A stretch of DNA of 19,677 nucleotides from Candidatus Micrarchaeaceae archaeon. Lineage in GTDB: Archaea > Micrarchaeota > Micrarchaeia > Micrarchaeales > CABMGC01. The stretch is taken from contig JAVZDR010000009.1 in NCBI GenBank assembly GCA_038873795.1, positions 1-19,677 on the forward strand, in the 5' to 3' direction. The notes beneath the pieces are model-generated. The model worked only from the letters and a program-made list of their open reading frames with translations. It was not told the origin of the DNA and made no database searches. Shown here one piece after another: positions 15,715-19,677 of the stretch (the first letter of the stretch is position 1; each line of letters opens with the position of its first letter). The position numbers were made by a program, and so were the translations under genes.

Positions 15715-16380
15715 TCAGATGCCTGTCTTGTTCACTTTGTGGAATTCATCGGTCACTGTGCCCGCAGAGCGATAGAGCATGTTAATTCCGACTATTGCTA
15801 GGACCACTATTATTGTAACTGATGACAGGATGAACGCGCTAGAATTGAATTCCGGGAAGTTTGAGAAATACAATGGTATGAGCAGTATAAAGCCTATTAG
15901 GAATACAAGAAAGAGTATTGATCCTGCCACTGCTATTTCGGTGTATTTGTATTCGAACATTACCGACAGCGAGACGTAGAGCGACATCAGTATGCCGCCA
16001 GCAGAGAGAAGCATCAGAAGCGCAGCAAGGGAACTAAACAGTGCTATAGGTATTAGGAAGATTATAGTAAAGAGGACCATTGTGATGATAAGCTTGCCAA
16101 GATATTTTGAGTGGCGGTGATGCTCAGCTTCATTCATTATTGATGTTGTACGTAGATGCGCGTTCACTATGCTTCCTATTATTACTATAATGGCTGAGGC
16201 AAACATTATTATGTACAGGTAAAGTATCTGCACGCCGCTTGCACCGTAGAACTGCTGGAAAATAAGAGCCATTATCAGCGAGATGCTGTAAATGACCGCA
16301 AAAAGAGCAAAAGAAAAGCCGATTGCCCTGTAATTCTGGAATATCATGAACCTTTTTATATACTCCCTTGGATAAGGCAT
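15715..16380 (-). CDS. Hypothetical multi-pass membrane protein (about 6 TM)
   Basis: 221 aa with about six hydrophobic segments; GAGTGG SD-like motif upstream. Confidence 0.8.
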   Translation of the reverse strand: MPYPREYIKRFMIFQNYRAIGFSFALFAVIYSISLIMALIFQQFYGASGVQILYLYIIMFASAIIVIIGSIVNAHLRTTSIMNEAEHHRHSKYLGKLIITMVLFTIIFLIPIALFSSLAALLMLLSAGGILMSLYVSLSVMFEYKYTEIAVAGSILFLVFLIGFILLIPLYFSNFPEFNSSAFILSSVTIIVVLAIVGINMLYRSAGTVTDEFHKVNKTGI

Positions 16381-16568
16381 GCCACTCGAATTTATATCGC
16401 AGCTCTAATTTAAAAATATTGCTGTTTTGTTTCCAGCAAATCCTGGGCAGATACTCTTTGCTGGCTTCTCAGATTTATTGCATTAGCGCAGGTGTGCACC
16501 CTTTGGCATGGCAAAGCCTTTGCAATTTTCATATAAGGCAGGTCTCAACCCATTTCGGTATTCGCAAT

Positions 16569-17426
16569 TCAGACGAGCAGAAGAAAGACCACATTGCCAA
16601 CAAGCAGCGAGATAATAGTGCCTATAAATGTGAAAAGTGCGAGCGGCACAGCATGCTTATATACAGGCAGCTTCACTTTTACATTCTTTATTTTTTTGAT
16701 CAAGTCCTCGCTTGCCAATCTGCCGAAGAGGCTGGTTTTGCTCTTGAAGAATGCGATCTCCTTCCTGCTCATAAAATTTATAGCTATCATATCCCCTGCT
16801 TCCAACTCTCTTGGGTAGATGAACTCTATCATGCCCATATTTATCCTCTTTTCGAAGAGGCTTATTGTAATAGACGCTGCAGCAAGGATTATTATGATTG
16901 CAAGTGCCGCAATTCTGATGCCGAAGATGTATGTTATGTAAACGGCAAGTATCAAGTATGCAAGGAAAAGCAGCAATGTCCTGAGAATCTCTGCCGAACC
17001 TATGCTGGTCATGCCTTTTTTGCTTGGAGAGCGGAGCATATAGTAGAGAGGCACTGCCACAAGGGTAACGATTCCGGTTGCAAGAAAGACTGAAAATATG
17101 AATGGAAAGCCAAGCTGGCTTATTGAGGTAAGCAGCGGCATTGGCTGGATTGGCAGAAGGAGCGAAATTGTTGCAAATTCAAGGCTGTCACCGAGGCCTA
17201 GCTGCCCATTTTTGTAAAGCACATAACCTATGCCTCCTATGCCGAGCGCAATGAGTATGCTTGTGAATGCTATGCTCAGCCCATATGTGAGCGTTGCAAC
17301 CACACCTATCGCGAGCCCAGAATAGACAAAAGCATCAGGCACATTTCGTTTGTTATAAACATCAAAAAGTGCATAGATCAGCGTTATTACGATCAATATT
17401 GCAATCCTGACCATATCTAGAATCAT
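16569..17426 (-). CDS. A24 family prepilin/prearchaellin peptidase (PibD/FlaK-like)
   Basis: First catalytic Asp in ALFDVYNKRNVPD, GxGD motif (GLGD), several TM helices, C-terminal L.AGD and VPLALF motifs. Confidence 0.88.
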   Translation of the reverse strand: MILDMVRIAILIVITLIYALFDVYNKRNVPDAFVYSGLAIGVVATLTYGLSIAFTSILIALGIGGIGYVLYKNGQLGLGDSLEFATISLLLPIQPMPLLTSISQLGFPFIFSVFLATGIVTLVAVPLYYMLRSPSKKGMTSIGSAEILRTLLLFLAYLILAVYITYIFGIRIAALAIIIILAAASITISLFEKRINMGMIEFIYPRELEAGDMIAINFMSRKEIAFFKSKTSLFGRLASEDLIKKIKNVKVKLPVYKHAVPLALFTFIGTIISLLVGNVVFLLLV

Positions 17427-17515
17427 TCTATCAGCACTTTTTGGAAGGGCCTATACTTTTTATTGAACACAAACTTTAAATAGATTATTCAATATATAAA
17501 AACAGGTGCAGGTTG

Positions 17516-17572
17516 TGCAGACGTTACTGCTATTTGCGAAAGCGGAGACAGCAGATAGGGGTAGCGTATGCA
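17516..17572 (+). other. Long RNA hairpin (22-bp stem) in the leader upstream of the wHTH gene
   Basis: TGCAGACGTTACTGCTATTTGC (17516-17537) pairs with GCAGATAGGGGTAGCGTATGCA (17551-17572) at 20 of 22 positions, including 3 G-U pairs. Confidence 0.55.
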
Positions 17573-17614
17573 ATAAGTCCTACTTTTATAATATATGTGG
17601 CCTTTGGGCTGCAT

Positions 17615-17634
17615 AATCACAAACCCTTGTGATT
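17615..17634. promoter_or_regulatory. Perfect inverted repeat AATCACAA-N4-TTGTGATT (candidate operator or hairpin)
   Basis: About 25 nt downstream of the TATA-like TTTTATAA (17584-17591) and just upstream of the wHTH SD. Confidence 0.45.
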
Positions 17635-17654
17635 CTTGTTTTCAGGTGTTTTAT

Positions 17655-17981
17655 GTGGCCCAAATAAACAAAACATACAGAGCGTGGTATGCAAAAAGAA
17701 TCAGCGAGCGCGAGAGGTTGGTCTTGGCAGAGATAGGGCGTGACAGAATCGATACGGCTTCGAGCTTCGTAGACTACATGAATGACTTTTACGGGATTCC
17801 AAAAAGCTCTCTGTGGTACCTTCTGAATGTGATGAAGAGGCGGGGGATGTTAGATTTTGCATCAAAAGGGGAATCAGGCAAGGGATTATACCTGACAAGC
17901 AAGGGGCTAGCATATTTGGGGGGCAGCGCACCATACAAAGCGAAGATGCTACTAGATATGCCTGCTATTTATGTACGGTGA
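17655..17981 (+). CDS. Winged helix-turn-helix DNA-binding protein
   Basis: ISERERLVL...YGIPKSSLWYLLNVMKRRGMLDF...LYLTSKG wHTH pattern. GTG start at 17655 follows an AGGTG SD (the ORF track starts at 17595). Confidence 0.78.
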   Translation: MAQINKTYRAWYAKRISERERLVLAEIGRDRIDTASSFVDYMNDFYGIPKSSLWYLLNVMKRRGMLDFASKGESGKGLYLTSKGLAYLGGSAPYKAKMLLDMPAIYVR

Positions 17982-18288
17982 TGCCCACATTTGCATGCTC
18001 AGCTTTCAGGAGGGCCAGCTTCTTCCTTGAGCCGCCGGAATAGTTTCCTATTCTGCCGCTGCTGAGTATCACCCTGTGGCATGGCAGCACTATCGGGAGA
18101 GGATTTTTCCTCAATGCTGTACCAACAGCTCTATAGGCATTTGGTCTGCCTATTCTTATGGCTATTTCCTTATATGATGCGGTCTTGCCCCTCGGTATTT
18201 TGAGCGTTTCCAAAAGCACTTTCTTCTGGAAGTCTGTCAGGCCATGCCTCTCAAGCACCTTCAATATATGGCTTCTTGTGTATCGCAT
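17965..18288 (-). CDS. ogt: Methylated-DNA-protein-cysteine methyltransferase (MGMT, C-terminal domain only)
   Basis: IPRGKTASY, AYRAVGTAL.KNP, PCHRV active site, KLALLKAE. Confidence 0.93.
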   Translation of the reverse strand: MRYTRSHILKVLERHGLTDFQKKVLLETLKIPRGKTASYKEIAIRIGRPNAYRAVGTALRKNPLPIVLPCHRVILSSGRIGNYSGGSRKKLALLKAEHANVGITVHK

Positions 18289-18350
18289 TATCTGCTGTTT
18301 GGCAGATCAAATTTATAGCTTGAATTGTATATTTTATATAAGGCGGTTCT

Positions 18351-19274
18351 ATGAAAAATGCAAAGAAAACCCTAAAGGTATGGCTTGATGGAAGATTGAT
18401 TGATTATGATAAAGCAAAGGTTCCAATATTGACGCATTCACTGCAGTATGGGAGTGGAATCTTCGAAGGGATAAGGGCCTACCAAACTGATGCTGGACCA
18501 GCAATATTCAGGCTTAATGACCACCTGAAGAGGTTTTTCAACAGCGCAAAGATATATGCTATTGACATTGGCTATTCCAAGAACGAGCTGGCTGAAGCAA
18601 TAATAAAGCTTGTGAAGGCTAATGATCTTGGCGATTGCTACATAAGGCCTTTCGCATTTTACAATGATGATAGCATAGGTGTCTCAGCATTTGGCAAGAA
18701 AGTCAGCGTTTTCATCGCCACAATTCCGTTCGGAGCATATTTTGGAAAGGGCAAAGAGTTAGGGATAAAATGCAAGGTTTCTTCGTGGCGCAGGATAAAC
18801 TCTGAAATACTCCCAGTGCAGGCTAAGGCGAGTGGCAACTACATAAACTCCATAATAGCAAACAATGAGGCCAAAGCATCAGGATTTGATGAGGCAATAC
18901 TGCTGTCTGCAAATGGTTATGTAGCTGAGGGCCCAGGCGAAAACATATTCATCGTCAAGGATGGCAGGCTGATTACACCAGATGAGAGCGCAGACATACT
19001 CATGGGCATAACCAGGGATTCGTTGATAAAGATAGCAGAGAGCATTGGCTTGGAGGCTTCTGAAGGGCTCATACACAGGGAAGAGCTTTATACTGCTGAC
19101 GAAGCATTCTTTGCAGGAACTGCTGCGGAGGTCACGCCGATAGTGAATATAGATGGCATAAGGATAGGTAGTGGAAAGCCCGGCCCAATAACAAAAATGC
19201 TTGCTGAGAAGTATTCGGATGCTGTCCACGGGAAGGATGCTCTTTTCAGCGACTGGATCACAGTTGTCAGCTAG
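18351..19274 (+). CDS. ilvE: Branched-chain amino acid aminotransferase
   Basis: LQYGSGIFEGIRAY, FRL.DH..R, YIRP, AKASGNY (PLP lysine), EGPGENIF, GITR, GTAAEVTP. Confidence 0.96.
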   Translation: MKNAKKTLKVWLDGRLIDYDKAKVPILTHSLQYGSGIFEGIRAYQTDAGPAIFRLNDHLKRFFNSAKIYAIDIGYSKNELAEAIIKLVKANDLGDCYIRPFAFYNDDSIGVSAFGKKVSVFIATIPFGAYFGKGKELGIKCKVSSWRRINSEILPVQAKASGNYINSIIANNEAKASGFDEAILLSANGYVAEGPGENIFIVKDGRLITPDESADILMGITRDSLIKIAESIGLEASEGLIHREELYTADEAFFAGTAAEVTPIVNIDGIRIGSGKPGPITKMLAEKYSDAVHGKDALFSDWITVVS

Positions 19275-19627
19275 AGCAGCTTTAGGCTCTTGGTGAACTG
19301 GTCTATTTCATCGGCATGCCATGGGCCTATGCCGAGTGCAGTCTTTGTGCCAGGTGGGAGCTCAGTGAGCCCAGCATCGCTTACCAGGGCGCAGGGCACT
19401 CCCTTGTATTTGAATGCATCATGGAGCCTTTTCAGGATGTCTTCGCTTTCTGCCTTAAGCACTATCTTCTTCTCGCCAGTATCAAGCCATTCTTTAGCAA
19501 TGGCTTTGTCAGCCTTTTCTGCCTCGAAGTAGCTCATCAACGAAGCATGGGCAACCTGCGCAGCCATCTTGCCCTTGCCCATTTCTATGTCTGTCCTTAC
19601 GATTATCACCTGTTTTATCTCTGCCAT
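19271..19627 (-). CDS. pth2: Peptidyl-tRNA hydrolase Pth2
   Basis: KQVIIVRTD..MGKGKMAAQVAHA, KKIVLK, DAGLTELPPGT.TALGIGP, LKLL. Confidence 0.97.
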   Translation of the reverse strand: MAEIKQVIIVRTDIEMGKGKMAAQVAHASLMSYFEAEKADKAIAKEWLDTGEKKIVLKAESEDILKRLHDAFKYKGVPCALVSDAGLTELPPGTKTALGIGPWHADEIDQFTKSLKLL

Positions 19628-19677
19628 GAGTGTATTTGCAATGCAAGCTTTTTATTGGTTCTTGACAAAACGCATAG

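Noticed and set aside
16433..16464. Inverted repeat CCAGCAAA-N16-TTTGCTGG between the peptidase and membrane protein genes
   Set aside because: A single 8-bp stem with no other support; could be chance or a simple terminator or operator.
16368..17093. 241-aa + strand ORF
   Set aside because: Antisense shadow of the prepilin peptidase, with atypical Cys/His-rich composition and no recognisable motif.
1..19677. CRISPR arrays, tRNA/rRNA genes, transposases, integrases, defence systems
   Set aside because: No regularly spaced repeats, cloverleaf or T-loop motifs in intergenic gaps, or mobile-element protein motifs were found.

Overview
A gene-dense archaeal housekeeping window. Gene content, GGTGA/GAGGT Shine-Dalgarno (SD) motifs, TATA boxes and frequent TTG/GTG starts suggest a DPANN lineage, possibly Micrarchaeota (inference only). 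It holds trxA-hisS-hypothetical; a + strand cluster (acidic L35Ae-like protein, a box C/D guide sRNA, an atypical histone, a Zn-ribbon protein, a PRC-barrel protein); and the exosome/proteasome superoperon (rnp3-rnp2 ... psmA-SBDS-rrp4-rrp41-rrp42-rpl37ae-hypothetical-rpoP), split by a divergent asnS / inactive transglutaminase-like pair. Further right are cdc6, mrp, DUF72, ssb, a beta-CASP RNase, a Sua5/YrdC remnant, a membrane protein, an A24 prepilin peptidase, a wHTH protein with a structured leader, ogt, ilvE and pth2. No CRISPR array, rRNA, tRNA or mobile element was seen. The best unannotated signals are a complete C/D sRNA predicted to methylate C34 of tRNA-Leu(CAA) just 4 nt upstream of the histone start, an internally deleted Sua5/YrdC gene with a perfect palindrome at the junction, an Mrp lacking its CxxC motif, and two structured non-coding elements. 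All protein assignments come from motif recognition by eye, not database searches.
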